From positions 152,420 through 216,419 of the forward strand of contig CAVYJB010000001.1 in the NCBI GenBank assembly GCA_963768835.1: DNA of 64,000 nt. The letters run 5' to 3'. Positions 17,562 through 31,855 of this stretch are shown piece after piece (the stretch's first letter is position 1; each line of letters opens with the position of its first letter). The notes below the pieces were generated by a model, which saw nothing but the letters and a program-made list of their open reading frames with translations, did not search any database and was not told the DNA's origin. This DNA is from an uncultured bacterium. GTDB taxonomy: Bacteria; Patescibacteriota; Minisyncoccia; UBA6257; GWB1-50-10. A program made the translations under genes and the position numbers.

Positions 17562-17780
17562 CTAGGAACGGACGAAAGGAAGGAATCCCACGATGCGGGC
17601 GCGCTTGATAGCATTCGCGAGGCGTCGCTGGTGCTTGGCGCAGACGCCGGTGTGACGAGGATCAATAATCTTCGCCTGGCTCGAAACGAAACGCCGCAAC
17701 ACTTCCACATCGCGATAGTCGATGACTCTCACGTTCTGAGAACAGAACACGCACTGCCGGGGTCGTTGGTTCATTGCCAT
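17562..17780 (-). CDS. rpsR: 30S ribosomal protein S18
   Basis: CVFCSQNVRVIDYRDVEVLRRFVSSQAKIIDPRHTGVCAKHQRRLANAIKRAR. Confidence 0.9.
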   Translation of the reverse strand: MAMNQRPRQCVFCSQNVRVIDYRDVEVLRRFVSSQAKIIDPRHTGVCAKHQRRLANAIKRARIVGFLPFVRS

Positions 17781-17783
17781 GGG

Positions 17784-18251
17784 TTAAAATGGAATGTCTT
17801 CAGGTTTGATATCGCCCTCCTCGATATTAATCTCTGGAAGTTCCTCCTTCACTTCATCGCGGATGGGGGCCGCGGGCCGCTCCTGCGAGAACTCCTCGCC
17901 GCCACCCTGGCCACCGGGACCGCCGGGACGCGGACCGAACTGGAAACGCTCGCAAATGATCTCTGTGGTCTGACGGTTCCCTCCCTGCTTGTCCTGCCAG
18001 CTGCGGGTTTGGAGACGCCCCTCAACATAGAGAAGAGCTCCTTTCTTTAGGAACTGCTGGGCGATTTCCGCCTGCCGGCCCCACACCACAATGTTGTGGA
18101 ACTGGACATCCTTCCGCTGCTCGCCCTGGGGAGTCTTCCATGTACGGTTGGTCGCCAAGGAGAAGGTCGCGACGGCCTGCCCTGAGGTCGTCGTCCGAAG
18201 CTGCGGATCCGCGGTGAATCGCCCAATGAGGAATACCTTGTTGAGGTTCAT
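17784..18251 (-). CDS. ssb: Single-stranded DNA-binding protein
   Basis: MNLNKVFLIGRFTADPQLR...; OB-fold; Gly-rich tail ending DIPF. Confidence 0.9.
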   Translation of the reverse strand: MNLNKVFLIGRFTADPQLRTTTSGQAVATFSLATNRTWKTPQGEQRKDVQFHNIVVWGRQAEIAQQFLKKGALLYVEGRLQTRSWQDKQGGNRQTTEIICERFQFGPRPGGPGGQGGGEEFSQERPAAPIRDEVKEELPEINIEEGDIKPEDIPF

Positions 18252-18253
18252 GG

Positions 18254-18682
18254 TTACTGGAGAATTTCCTCAATCTTTTTCTCGAGCGCTTCGTTCGTGA
18301 GCATCGGAACATCGCCGGGCTTACGGGGCATGCGAGAAACCGGCGCGGGTCGTCGAGGCGTACGGTCTTCACGGGATCGACGCTCATCTCGCGCAGCCGC
18401 GTGATGAACGAGCACCCGGAGGATGTCGGGTTCAAGGACAAGCGATTCAGAAAGTCCCACGAGCGCCGCGGGGGCAACCGTGAACTCGAAGCCTCCCACG
18501 AAACAAAAGGCTTCCTTCCGGATAGGATATGCGAGCTTCACTTTCTGGAGAGGACGTTCCGTGAGAATGACGGCTCCGCGCTTCTGGAGGGCAGCCGAAA
18601 CCTTCGCCGCATCCTCTGATTTGAGGAGCGCGATAATTTCGTACCTCGTCTGCTGTTCCAGGATGGTTACGGTCTCATCCAT
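18254..18682 (-). CDS. rpsF: 30S ribosomal protein S6
   Basis: YEIIALLKS...KRGAVILTERPLQKVKLAYPIRKEAFCFVGGFEF; conserved rpsF-ssb-rpsR order. Confidence 0.85.
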   Translation of the reverse strand: MDETVTILEQQTRYEIIALLKSEDAAKVSAALQKRGAVILTERPLQKVKLAYPIRKEAFCFVGGFEFTVAPAALVGLSESLVLEPDILRVLVHHAAARDERRSREDRTPRRPAPVSRMPRKPGDVPMLTNEALEKKIEEILQ

Positions 18683-18719
18683 AGGTGTTCCTTATCGTAC
18701 CAGAGATCCAAGGATAGCG

Positions 18720-22443
<3,724 letters not shown>

Positions 22444-22449
22444 GATAGA

Positions 22450-25400
22450 TTAGTTTCCCTCCCCGAGATCATCGATGCCGTCCCCCGTACCTTCTTCGCC
22501 ACTCGTGTAGTGCACGGAAAGTCCCAGGGACTTGAGCTCCGAGATCAACACGTTGAAGGACGCAGGAACGTTCGGCTTCTTGATGTCGGTGCCACGGATA
22601 ATGGATTCGAAAGCCGCCGAGCGGCCGAGGATGTCGTCAGACTTGATAGTGATCATTTCCTGCAGCATATGTGCCGCGCCGTACCCCTCGAGCGCCCAGA
22701 CCTCCATCTCTCCGAAGCGCTGGCCGCCCAACTGCGCCTTTCCGCCGAGGGGCTGCTGTGTGATCAGGGAGTAGGGGCCGGTGGAACGCATGTGGAGCTT
22801 GTCTTCCACCAGGTGGTTCAGCTTCATGATATAGATGACACCCACCGTCACGTGCTCACGGAACGGGAGGCCTGTTGTGCCGTCGAAGAGCTCTACCTTC
22901 CCATTCGCCGGGAGGCCCGCCGCTTCGAGCTCCGCGCGGATCTCGTCCTCGCCACCCCCCACGAAATTCGGGACCACCGCGCGATAGCCGAGCTTCCGGG
23001 CCGCGAATCCGAGGTGGGTCTCAAGGATCTGACCGAGGTTCATACGGGAAGCGACTCCAAGGGGGTTTAAGACAACGTCAACCGGCGTGCCGTCCGCAAG
23101 ATAAGGCATGTCCTGCACGGGACGAATCATAGAAATGACGCCCTTGTTACCGTGCCGCCCGGCGAGCTTGTCGCCCGCGCGCACCTTACGGAGCTGGGCC
23201 ACCTCCACCTGGATCTTCTTGATAATGCCGGGTTCGAGCTTATCCCCCTTGTCGCGGGAGAACACCTTGATGCCGATGACGCGCCCCTGCTTCCCGTGCG
23301 GGAGCGTGAGCGAGGTGTCCTTCACGTCGCGAGCCTTCTCACCGAAGATGGCACGGAGGAGCCGCTCTTCCGAAGAGAGTTCCGATTCGCCCTTCGGGGA
23401 AATCTTCCCAACGAGGATATCGCCCGTGTAAACCTCCGCTCCGATGCGGACGATGCCGTCCTCATCGAGGTTCCGGAGCTTATCCTCCGCGACGTTCGGG
23501 ATGTCCGGCGTGGTCATTTCGGGGCCGAGCTTCGTGTCGCGGACGAAGCAGGTGAATGTTTCGATGTGAATGGATGTAAAAAGATCCTCACGCGCGACGC
23601 GCTCCGAGAGCACGATGGCGTCCTCGAAGTTTCCGCCTCGCCACGGGATGAATGCTACCAGGAGGTTCTGGCCGAGGGCCAGCACGCCGTCTTCCGTCGC
23701 GGGGCCATCCGCGAGGACCGCGCCGCGCTTCACCTTCTGACCCACATGCACGATCGGGCGTTGGGAGAGACACGTGGACTGGTTGGACCGGCGGAATTTC
23801 AGGATGGGGTAGTGCGTCGTCCCCGACTTGCCCTTCACCGCGATGCCACGCGCGTCCACTTCCTCCACCGTGCCGTCCTCTGCGGCAAGCACGAGCTGCT
23901 CCGAATCAAGCGCCGCCTTTTCCTCGACGCCCGTCCCCACGAAAGGCGCGGTCGCGACAATCGAAGGAACCGCCTGTCGCTGCATGTTGGAACCCATGAG
24001 GGCCCGGTTCGCGTCGTCGTGCTCCAGGAACGGAATGAGCGCCGTCGAGATACTCATGAGCTGGTTCGCCGAGACGTCGATGAAATCCACCTCTTCCCGC
24101 TTGCAGGTGTCCGGGACTCCCTTGATGCGGGCGGGCACGACGGCTTCGACGATGCGGTTTTTCTCGTCCAGCGGGACATCGGCCTGCGCGACGTTATACC
24201 GGCGTTCCTCCGCGGCGTCGAGCCACTCGACGTGCGAAGAGACGACGCCCTCCTTCACGTGGAAGTAGGGTGTCTCGATGAAACCGAATTCGTTGAGGCG
24301 GGCATAGTTCGAAAGATAGCTCACGAGCCCGATGTTCGCACCTTCCGGCGTCTGGATAGGACAGATGCGGCCGTAGTAGGACGGGTGCACGTCGCGCACC
24401 TCGAACCCGGCGCGCTCACGGGTAAGACCGCCAGGGCCCATCGAGGAGAGGCGCCGCTTGTGTTCGAGCTCTGCGAGCGGGTTCACCTGGTCCATGAACT
24501 GCGAGAGCTGCGAAGACGAGAAGAAGTCCCGCACCACCGAGGTCAGGAGTTTGTAGTTCACCAGCTGGACAGGCTGCAGAGTGTGCTTATCGAAGGTGGA
24601 CATCCGGTCCTGGACGCCGCGCCGGAGGCGCGCAAATCCCACGCGGAGACGCGACTGTACAAGCTCCCCCACCGCTCGGATACGGCGGTTCGCAAGGTCG
24701 TCGATGTCGTCCGGTTCCGCGGAAAGATTGTTGTTTAAGCGGATAATTTCCTTCAAAAGCCCGATGATATCGTCACGATCCAAGAGACCGCCTTCTTTCT
24801 TCGCAGGAAGTTCCAGGCGCTGGTTCAGCTTGAAACGACCGACTCGCGAGAGGTCATAGCGGTCGAAGCGGAAAAAGATTCCCTCAATCAACGCTTTTGC
24901 GTTCTCCACCGTCGTCAGATCCCCCGGCCGAAGCCGTTGGTGTATGCCGAGGAAGGACTCTTCAAGGGTTTTCGCCTCGTCGCGCTTCAAGGTCCCGGCG
25001 ATGAACTTCACGGGACCGGTGTCCACGTCGGCGAACGCCTTCTTGATATCTTCCTCCGTCTTCAGCCCGAACACCCGAAGGAGCTGGGTCGCGGGTACCT
25101 TGCGCCGACGGTCGATCTTCACGCCGATAAAACCGTCGGACTCCGTCTCGAACTCCAGCCACACGCCGCGGTTCGGGATCACCTTCGCGCCGAAAAGTTT
25201 CCGTCCGCGGTAGACCGCGGCGGTGAAGTATGAGCCCGGCGAGCGCACGAGCTGCGAGATGACCACCCGCTCAACGCCATTGATGATGAACGTCCCGCGC
25301 GTCGTCATGATCGGGAAATCTCCGAGGTAAACCTCCTGCGCTTGCGCGCTCTTCGTGAGACGGTTCGTGAGCCGAAGCTTCACGCGAAGCGACGCTTCGT

Positions 25401-25647
25401 AGGTCTGATCCTTCTCCTTGGACTGTTCCTCGGTGTACTTCGGCGGGTCGAATTTATACTCCAAAAAGTGGAGTTCAAGTTCCGCGCCGGTGTGGTCGCG
25501 GATGGGAGAGATCTCGTCAAAAAGCTCCCGAAGGCCCTTCTCCAGGAACCATTTATATGAATCCAGCTGCACCTCGATGAGGCGCGGCTGGGGGAACTCA
25601 GGTCCGTGATAGGTGGAGAAGGTTTTAGGCGCTCGTGTGGTGGGCAT
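22450..25647 (-). CDS. rpoB: DNA-directed RNA polymerase subunit beta
   Basis: 1065-aa ORF with full-length RpoB homology (e.g. ...GRHGNKGVISMI...). Confidence 0.95.
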   Translation of the reverse strand: MPTTRAPKTFSTYHGPEFPQPRLIEVQLDSYKWFLEKGLRELFDEISPIRDHTGAELELHFLEYKFDPPKYTEEQSKEKDQTYEASLRVKLRLTNRLTKSAQAQEVYLGDFPIMTTRGTFIINGVERVVISQLVRSPGSYFTAAVYRGRKLFGAKVIPNRGVWLEFETESDGFIGVKIDRRRKVPATQLLRVFGLKTEEDIKKAFADVDTGPVKFIAGTLKRDEAKTLEESFLGIHQRLRPGDLTTVENAKALIEGIFFRFDRYDLSRVGRFKLNQRLELPAKKEGGLLDRDDIIGLLKEIIRLNNNLSAEPDDIDDLANRRIRAVGELVQSRLRVGFARLRRGVQDRMSTFDKHTLQPVQLVNYKLLTSVVRDFFSSSQLSQFMDQVNPLAELEHKRRLSSMGPGGLTRERAGFEVRDVHPSYYGRICPIQTPEGANIGLVSYLSNYARLNEFGFIETPYFHVKEGVVSSHVEWLDAAEERRYNVAQADVPLDEKNRIVEAVVPARIKGVPDTCKREEVDFIDVSANQLMSISTALIPFLEHDDANRALMGSNMQRQAVPSIVATAPFVGTGVEEKAALDSEQLVLAAEDGTVEEVDARGIAVKGKSGTTHYPILKFRRSNQSTCLSQRPIVHVGQKVKRGAVLADGPATEDGVLALGQNLLVAFIPWRGGNFEDAIVLSERVAREDLFTSIHIETFTCFVRDTKLGPEMTTPDIPNVAEDKLRNLDEDGIVRIGAEVYTGDILVGKISPKGESELSSEERLLRAIFGEKARDVKDTSLTLPHGKQGRVIGIKVFSRDKGDKLEPGIIKKIQVEVAQLRKVRAGDKLAGRHGNKGVISMIRPVQDMPYLADGTPVDVVLNPLGVASRMNLGQILETHLGFAARKLGYRAVVPNFVGGGEDEIRAELEAAGLPANGKVELFDGTTGLPFREHVTVGVIYIMKLNHLVEDKLHMRSTGPYSLITQQPLGGKAQLGGQRFGEMEVWALEGYGAAHMLQEMITIKSDDILGRSAAFESIIRGTDIKKPNVPASFNVLISELKSLGLSVHYTSGEEGTGDGIDDLGEGN

Positions 25648-25729
25648 GGGTTAATGGGGTGGGAACAGAGCGGCGTGCAGGCCCGGGGACGGCCCCGCCG
25701 CAACTTCGGCGACGCTTACTTGGAAAAAC

Positions 25730-26779
25730 CTAAAGGTATTTGGCTCGATTTTGATTCTGTTGCTCGAGGGTTTGAGAAAAGAGGGTTTCCTTGGTACCGG
25801 ATGCGGTCAGATAGTAAAGATAGGAGGTCTGGCGAGGGGTCGCGGCTGCCTGGATCGCGGACTGGCCAGGATTTCCGATGGGAGTTGGGGTGAACCCCAG
25901 ATGCTGATAGGTATTGTAGGGGGAAGCGATTGTCATGTCGGCGCGCGAGAGCTGGGGGTTGGGGCAGTTCCGAATGTCACCGTTGCACTTCGCGTAGATG
26001 ACGGTGGAATCCACCTGGAGCGGGATGCCGATTTGGATACGACGGAGGAGAATGCCGGCTACCGTTTGACGATCCGCGAACGAGGGAACTTCACGCTCGA
26101 GATAGGACGCAAGAATCAGAGTGTCGTACCATTGGGGCTGGTTCTGAAGCAGTGGCCACGCCTTCGTATTAAAACCGTTAAGAAGGATCTGCACTGCGTC
26201 ATCCGCGGACCCACCGATGGGGAACCGGTACGTGTCGGGGAAAAGGAATCCTTCGAGGGACGTTGAGCTCGCGAGATACGGATACAGGCCCGCGACTTTC
26301 GAGGGAGCGTAACCCACAAGAGACTGCCCGTCCGCGAGAGCGCCCGCGGCCGAGAGAATGTCGCTCACATCCCTGAGCGTCGAGCCCTCCGGGATCGTCA
26401 CCGCAGCCTCGTTCTTCCCGCCGTGGGAAAAGAGCCCGACGAACTCCGGTACGCTCATGGTGGGCCCGAGATCATAGACGCCCGGCTGAAATCGCTGCGC
26501 CTTGCCGCTCAGAAGCGCATACAGTTTGAAAACAGAGATAGAGCGGATAAGCGTTTGTCGCGAGAGGTCCGCTGCGATTTCACGGAATCCTTCCCCTTTT
26601 ACTATCTTGAAATGAACGGTCGTCGAGGTCGCACTGGATCCTGCAGTATCCGCCACGGACTGCACTGGCTGCAGGCCGTAGAAGAAATAAGCCACGAAGA
26701 CTATGATGACCAAAAGGATTCCTAGAACGGTCAGGAAGCGTAGGTCAAACAGACCTCGTTGTTCAGGCTGAGGATTCAA
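25730..26779 (-). CDS. mltG: Endolytic murein transglycosylase MltG (YceG family)
   Basis: N-terminal TM helix; YceG motifs FPDTY, GFTPTPIGNPG. Confidence 0.85.
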   Translation of the reverse strand: MNPQPEQRGLFDLRFLTVLGILLVIIVFVAYFFYGLQPVQSVADTAGSSATSTTVHFKIVKGEGFREIAADLSRQTLIRSISVFKLYALLSGKAQRFQPGVYDLGPTMSVPEFVGLFSHGGKNEAAVTIPEGSTLRDVSDILSAAGALADGQSLVGYAPSKVAGLYPYLASSTSLEGFLFPDTYRFPIGGSADDAVQILLNGFNTKAWPLLQNQPQWYDTLILASYLEREVPSFADRQTVAGILLRRIQIGIPLQVDSTVIYAKCNGDIRNCPNPQLSRADMTIASPYNTYQHLGFTPTPIGNPGQSAIQAAATPRQTSYLYYLTASGTKETLFSQTLEQQNQNRAKYL

Positions 26780-27839
26780 GCTTTATGTGTTCGATTATAC
26801 CGATGAGGACCGCTGCCGTCAAGAGGTTAGACCCCCCGTAGCTGAAGAATGGCAGGGTGACGCCTGTGACCGGTAGGAGGCCGACATCAGACCCCGCATT
26901 GACCAGAAAGTGCACGAGAAAGAACAGTCCACCGCCTAAAACCACGAATTTTGCAAAGTTATCACGTGCCCCAAGGCCAATGTGCACCATTCTATAGAGG
27001 ATGAACCCTATCGTCAAGAGCACCAGAAGACCCCCCGCAATCCCCCATTCTTCAATAAACGCTGCAAAAAGGAAGTCGTTTTGGGCCGCCGGAAGAAACC
27101 CTAAGCGGGTCTGTGTTCCTCCTCCAAAACCTTTTCCCCAGAACCCAGCGGAGCCAATCGCGATCTTCGATTGGATAACATTATAGTTCGTTCCTAAAGG
27201 ATCTCGGTCTGGAAAGAGAAAACCGAGGATGCGCTCTTTCTGGTAGTCCTTAAGAACTAATGTCCACAGGAGAACACCAAGGAGCAAGAGGATCAGAAGA
27301 CCGGCGATGAATCGGCGTGGATTAATTCCTCCCATAAGAAGAAAGCCGACCCAGATGCTTGCGACGAGGACCGCGGATCCGAAGTTGGGCTGGAGAATGA
27401 TCAGAATGGCCGGTGGCAACACATAGAGGAGCGAAATCACAATATTCCGTACTTGCCATGCCGCAACATGTCGCCGTGAGAAAAAATGTCCGAGCACAAG
27501 AATGAGGGCGAGCTTCGCGAGTTCCTCCGGCTCGAACTGGACGGGACCCAGCACGAGCCAACTTTTCGTACCGCGGATGACATGCGGACCGAGATACGCG
27601 GCGACGAGCGCAAGAATGGAAAGGCCGTAGAGTCCATAGCGGAACCATGGATGCGCCGCGAGGCGACGCCAGTCAAACTGGCTCCCGAAAAGAATGACAA
27701 CGAAGGCGACTATATACCAAACAAGTTGCCGCCAGAAAAAAGCGAGATTCGAACTCGCGAGCGTTACAAGACTCGCTCCCGCGATGACGCCGAGCGCCGC
27801 GAGAAGCCCCCAATCGAAATTCCGGAAGTGCACTCTCAT
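26763..27839 (-). CDS. SEDS-family peptidoglycan glycosyltransferase (RodA/FtsW)
   Basis: Polytopic membrane protein with FtsW/RodA/SpoVE-type sequence. Confidence 0.85.
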   Translation of the reverse strand: MRVHFRNFDWGLLAALGVIAGASLVTLASSNLAFFWRQLVWYIVAFVVILFGSQFDWRRLAAHPWFRYGLYGLSILALVAAYLGPHVIRGTKSWLVLGPVQFEPEELAKLALILVLGHFFSRRHVAAWQVRNIVISLLYVLPPAILIILQPNFGSAVLVASIWVGFLLMGGINPRRFIAGLLILLLLGVLLWTLVLKDYQKERILGFLFPDRDPLGTNYNVIQSKIAIGSAGFWGKGFGGGTQTRLGFLPAAQNDFLFAAFIEEWGIAGGLLVLLTIGFILYRMVHIGLGARDNFAKFVVLGGGLFFLVHFLVNAGSDVGLLPVTGVTLPFFSYGGSNLLTAAVLIGIIEHIKLESSA

Positions 27840-28618
27840 AGTCGCCCGACGTACACTCGTGTGGCCGCGGGGTTCAGCTGGCGCACGAGGTTCGGATCAG
27901 CCGGAAAAGAAATTACAAATGGAGCACGACCGCCCGGCCCCAAATCCACCCTTGTTTCGGAGGCAAAGAGGTTATCGGCGAACGCCGACCGGTCCACGAG
28001 AACGGCGATCACAGACACTCCTGTGGCAGGGATGGAACTGTGGTTTGTGAGGAACCCCGAAACCTGAATTTGGTCTCCCGCAATCGTGGTGGTAACCCCT
28101 TCGGGGTCCGAAAGGTCAAATGGAGCAAGGTTAGCAGCTGGCTGCCAAGAAACCAATGGATCAATGGAAAGCGTAGCTCCCGAGACGGGACCTGTAGGCG
28201 CCACGGAAGCTGTCGCCAGCACGTAACGCTCCTCCGAGGCATAAATTGCAGCCGTACCAGGAAGAGTAAGAAGCGTCTCCCCCGAAGGCCCCAGGAGAGT
28301 GAAATGGTAATCGAAGGAGGTCGCTGCGTAGTCGAGATTCGGGTTCTCTACCTGCGCGAGGAGCACCGCCGGTCCTGCAGCGGAGCGGAAAATCTGCACG
28401 TCCCCGACGGTAAGGAGTTGCTCTGGCCCTGGCCCACGCTGGCAGGCGGCACACGGACCGCCACAGTCGATGCCGGTCTCCCTTTGATTCTGGATACCGT
28501 CCGAGCAGCTAGGGTTGGCTCCGTGGTAACCCGCAGCGACTCCCCAGACAACCAGAGCGAGAACGGCGAGGTAGAGTGCGCCGTAGATAACCTGCTTATG
28601 AGTTCGAGCGAGACGCAT
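27836..28618 (-). CDS. Hypothetical membrane-anchored extracytoplasmic protein
   Basis: 260-aa ORF with an N-terminal TM helix and a Cys-rich segment CSDGIQNQRETGIDCGGPCAAC. Confidence 0.5.
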   Translation of the reverse strand: MRLARTHKQVIYGALYLAVLALVVWGVAAGYHGANPSCSDGIQNQRETGIDCGGPCAACQRGPGPEQLLTVGDVQIFRSAAGPAVLLAQVENPNLDYAATSFDYHFTLLGPSGETLLTLPGTAAIYASEERYVLATASVAPTGPVSGATLSIDPLVSWQPAANLAPFDLSDPEGVTTTIAGDQIQVSGFLTNHSSIPATGVSVIAVLVDRSAFADNLFASETRVDLGPGGRAPFVISFPADPNLVRQLNPAATRVYVGRL

Positions 28619-28622
28619 AGAG

Positions 28623-29369
28623 CTAACGGGTCCTCACCGCAGCAAGTACCCGTCGGAACTCCGCAGGGCGGACCGACGCGCCACCGACAAGCGTCCCTGC
28701 AAACTCCTTTCTCGCAAGAAACGAAGCGGCGTTCTTTCCGCTCACCGAACCGCCATAGAGAACAACTCCTCTAAATTTAAAGTTTTGAGTTAAAATCTTT
28801 TTAATAAGCTTCGCCATCGCAGCCGCATCCTCCGGCGTTTCGTCGCGATGGTCAACGCTCGTGGAAATAGCCCAGACGGGTTCGTACGCGATCAAAAGAT
28901 TCTTGAGCGCGAGCTTCTGCCTTTTCGCCTCTGCAAGGTCGAGGGTTAACTGTTTTTGTACCCATGCGCGCGCCGCCGCGATTCCTTTCCTGCGGACGGA
29001 CCACGGTTCTCCGATACAGAGAATTGGCACAAGCCCACCCGCAAGCGCCGCCGCGACCTTCGCTGCGATTTGTGCGTCTTGTTCCCCTTCTGCCCGACGC
29101 TCCGAATGACCGAGAATGGTATACCGCACGCCGAGCTCTTTCAGTTCTCCGACCGAAACCTCCCCCGTCCTCGGCCCCACAACCCCTGGCGCCGCATTCT
29201 GGCTTCCCACCGCCGCGCGCTTCAGGACTCGCGAAACCGCCGGCAGGAATGGAAACGGGGGGCACACGACTACGTTTGCCGCATCGGAAGCGCGTGCAAT
29301 CGCGACCGCTTCCTTCGTGGTCCTGGGATGCATCTTCCAGTTGGCGATGATGAGTTTCTGCATGATCAC
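28623..29369 (-). CDS. tpiA: Triosephosphate isomerase
   Basis: IIANWKMH, ILGHSERR, YEPVWAIST, GGSV motifs. Confidence 0.9.
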   Translation of the reverse strand: MIMQKLIIANWKMHPRTTKEAVAIARASDAANVVVCPPFPFLPAVSRVLKRAAVGSQNAAPGVVGPRTGEVSVGELKELGVRYTILGHSERRAEGEQDAQIAAKVAAALAGGLVPILCIGEPWSVRRKGIAAARAWVQKQLTLDLAEAKRQKLALKNLLIAYEPVWAISTSVDHRDETPEDAAAMAKLIKKILTQNFKFRGVVLYGGSVSGKNAASFLARKEFAGTLVGGASVRPAEFRRVLAAVRTR

Positions 29370-30412
29370 TTCCTGAGCACTTTAGCCGCGAGATCCGGGT
29401 CAATCACGTTGATCTCAATACCTGTGCCAAATTCGAACCCCGCCCGGGTCGAGAGCTTCGGCAGGATCTCCACGTGCCAGTGGTACTGCGGATAGCGCTC
29501 TTTATGCACGACGGGGGCGGTGTGGATAAAGAAATTATAATCGGGATCACCGAGGTTCTTCTCCATTTTCCGGAGCACGCGCTGGAGGACGTTCGTCACC
29601 GCCGCGAGATCCTCGTCGGACGTGTTTTCAAAGTACGGCGTGTGGTGCTTGGAGAAGACCCGGACCTCAAAGGGGTTTCGCGATACGAACGGCGCAAAGG
29701 CGATCGCGCCTTCGTTCTCGACGATCACCCGTTTCCCCTGTTTCCTCTCCCACTCGGTCATCACGCAGTGAATGCACTTACCTGTCCGCGCGTGGTAGCG
29801 CGTGGAACCTTCCAGCGACCGCCCGACGTCGGGAGGAACCACCGGGACACCGAGAATTTGATAGTGAGGATGGTAGATCGAAGCCCCAGCAAGCGGCCCC
29901 CAGTTATGAAAGATCGAGACATACGCGACATTCGGATCGGCAAAAAACATAAGATAACGTTCCCGGAACACCTCGAAAAGGCGGAACGCCAGATCGGACG
30001 GGAGCCGCGGGAAATTCGCCCGATGATCGCGCGTGAGAACAAGATCGTGGTGACCGGCTCCGGGGATGGTCGAGAAGGGACCGTTGCGCACCAAGCGGAC
30101 ACGTCGGTCCGCGTGCCCCACCGCCGGATAGCGATTCTGAAGCACCAGGATCTCGCAGTTCTTGCGGGCACGGACGCCGCTCTTCGACCCCCACGGGGCG
30201 CATCGTGCATCGTAGCGGAGCAGTACGTGGTCGCTCACGTTCTTCAGAGGGTTTTCAAACGGGCATGTGCGGACGGACGGTACCACGCGCCGGTGGGTTC
30301 GCTTCCGAATGAACTGGTCGGGACGCCGTAGCCGACCCGGCGCGATGAGAATCCATTCACCGGACACGAGATCCTGACGAAGTTCGGATCGGGGTTCAGA
30401 AAGTCTCGACAT
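29366..30412 (-). CDS. Galactose-1-phosphate uridylyltransferase family (HIT-superfamily nucleotidyltransferase)
   Basis: CPFE.., HPHYQI (His-Pro-His) motif, HWHVEI. Confidence 0.65.
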   Translation of the reverse strand: MSRLSEPRSELRQDLVSGEWILIAPGRLRRPDQFIRKRTHRRVVPSVRTCPFENPLKNVSDHVLLRYDARCAPWGSKSGVRARKNCEILVLQNRYPAVGHADRRVRLVRNGPFSTIPGAGHHDLVLTRDHRANFPRLPSDLAFRLFEVFRERYLMFFADPNVAYVSIFHNWGPLAGASIYHPHYQILGVPVVPPDVGRSLEGSTRYHARTGKCIHCVMTEWERKQGKRVIVENEGAIAFAPFVSRNPFEVRVFSKHHTPYFENTSDEDLAAVTNVLQRVLRKMEKNLGDPDYNFFIHTAPVVHKERYPQYHWHVEILPKLSTRAGFEFGTGIEINVIDPDLAAKVLRK

Positions 30413-31169
30413 GGTCTTGTGGTTTTACCGCTCCGACCTTGGCCGCTCCATACGCACCTTTTCGGAGCCACCACCATACTCGCACGACATCCCAGAGTGT
30501 GGAAGCGTACGCTTTCGCACCCACCGTGGAGCGAGTATCGTTCACCCACCGCACCGGTATTTCCTTGATGCGGAATCCGAGATGGAGCGCCAGCGCCAGA
30601 ACTTCAACATCAAAACCCCACTGATCGACCCTCGCGAGAGGAAAAATCTGCTCTGCCGAGGCCTCGGAGAAGCACTTGAACCCGCATTGTGAGTCCCGCA
30701 CGCCAGGAAGAACCAACGGCTGGATAATAAGGCGATTTCCTAGCTTCCCTAGTATCTGCCGATACCATGGCTGAGCGGGAACGAGTTCCGCTCCTCGCAC
30801 CCCTCGCGAACCGAACACAACCTCATAGCCTTCCTTGAAATACGGGAGCATGTGCTCGAACTGATCAATGGAGGTGGAATTGTCCGCGTCAGTGAAGAGC
30901 CGCCAGTTGCCCTTCGCTTCGAGCATCCCGCGCCGCACGACCCATCCCTTCCCGTGATTCGCGGGTTCATCGACGAGCCGGAGATTCCGCACGGTCTGGG
31001 CAAATCGGCGGACAACCTCCGCAGTCGCATCCTTCGAACCATCGTTCACCACAAGGATCTCGTAGGAATACTCCGCGTGGGAGAGCCGCCGGTCGATGTC
31101 CACAAGAGTGCCGGGCAGCCGCTCGGATTCGTTGTAGGCGGGGATGATGACGGAGAGAAATGGTTTCAT
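30396..31169 (-). CDS. Family-2 glycosyltransferase (polyprenol-phosphate sugar synthase, DPM1/GtrB-like)
   Basis: LSVIIPAYNE...ILVVNDGSKD...; DxD. Confidence 0.85.
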   Translation of the reverse strand: MKPFLSVIIPAYNESERLPGTLVDIDRRLSHAEYSYEILVVNDGSKDATAEVVRRFAQTVRNLRLVDEPANHGKGWVVRRGMLEAKGNWRLFTDADNSTSIDQFEHMLPYFKEGYEVVFGSRGVRGAELVPAQPWYRQILGKLGNRLIIQPLVLPGVRDSQCGFKCFSEASAEQIFPLARVDQWGFDVEVLALALHLGFRIKEIPVRWVNDTRSTVGAKAYASTLWDVVRVWWWLRKGAYGAAKVGAVKPQDHVETF

Positions 31170-31227
31170 GCCGTGGGGATCGGGAACAGTGATTCCATCT
31201 TACCTCCGAACCAGTGACCTGTCATCC

Positions 31228-31845
31228 TTACGCCGACGTTACGCGGGGCTTGAATACCACAAGCTTGTAACTCAAGAAGTTCCAGAGGAACGAGGCGAGG
31301 ACGCCTCCGAGACCACCGACATTCGCCCAGAGATTCGCCGAAACCCCGGCGGGCGCTCCCATCACGTTCACGATGAGCGAGGCCGCCCCGGCGTTCAGGA
31401 GCGCTCCCCCTAATGTGAAAAGTGCGAAACGGAGATACTCCGTCCCCGTCACGGAAAGCGTGCTCTGAAAAGTCCAGAACTTGTTCCAGAAGTAACTATT
31501 CGTCGTCGCCACAAGAAACGCGACGATTGCAAAAGCGCTGTACCACCATCCTTTAGCAATACCCGTCGTCAAGATAAAGAGGTTCAGGACTGCAAAATTC
31601 AGAAGCGTATTCAGGGTGCCCACTGCGGCGAACTTTCCGAACTGCTCGAATACCTTCCATCGCCGGCTCAGGAGCTTCAGCACCCAGAGCGCGCAGGGCG
31701 CGAGGATGGAGAAGCCAATGACCGACAAGGCGCCGGTCTTAACGGTCACAGGGAGAAGTTTCGTGGTGGTAAGCGGCAGAAGCACGAGCCACCCGACCAG
31801 GAATCCGATCACTGTCACCAGATAGAAATCCTTTTTTGTGTTCAT
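31228..31845 (-). CDS. GtrA-family membrane protein (putative polyprenol-linked sugar flippase)
   Basis: FGKFAAVGTLNTLLNFAVLNL...NSYFWNKFWTF GtrA signature; 4-6 TM helices. Confidence 0.7.
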   Translation of the reverse strand: MNTKKDFYLVTVIGFLVGWLVLLPLTTTKLLPVTVKTGALSVIGFSILAPCALWVLKLLSRRWKVFEQFGKFAAVGTLNTLLNFAVLNLFILTTGIAKGWWYSAFAIVAFLVATTNSYFWNKFWTFQSTLSVTGTEYLRFALFTLGGALLNAGAASLIVNVMGAPAGVSANLWANVGGLGGVLASFLWNFLSYKLVVFKPRVTSA

Positions 31846-31855
31846 TGTAGTTTTA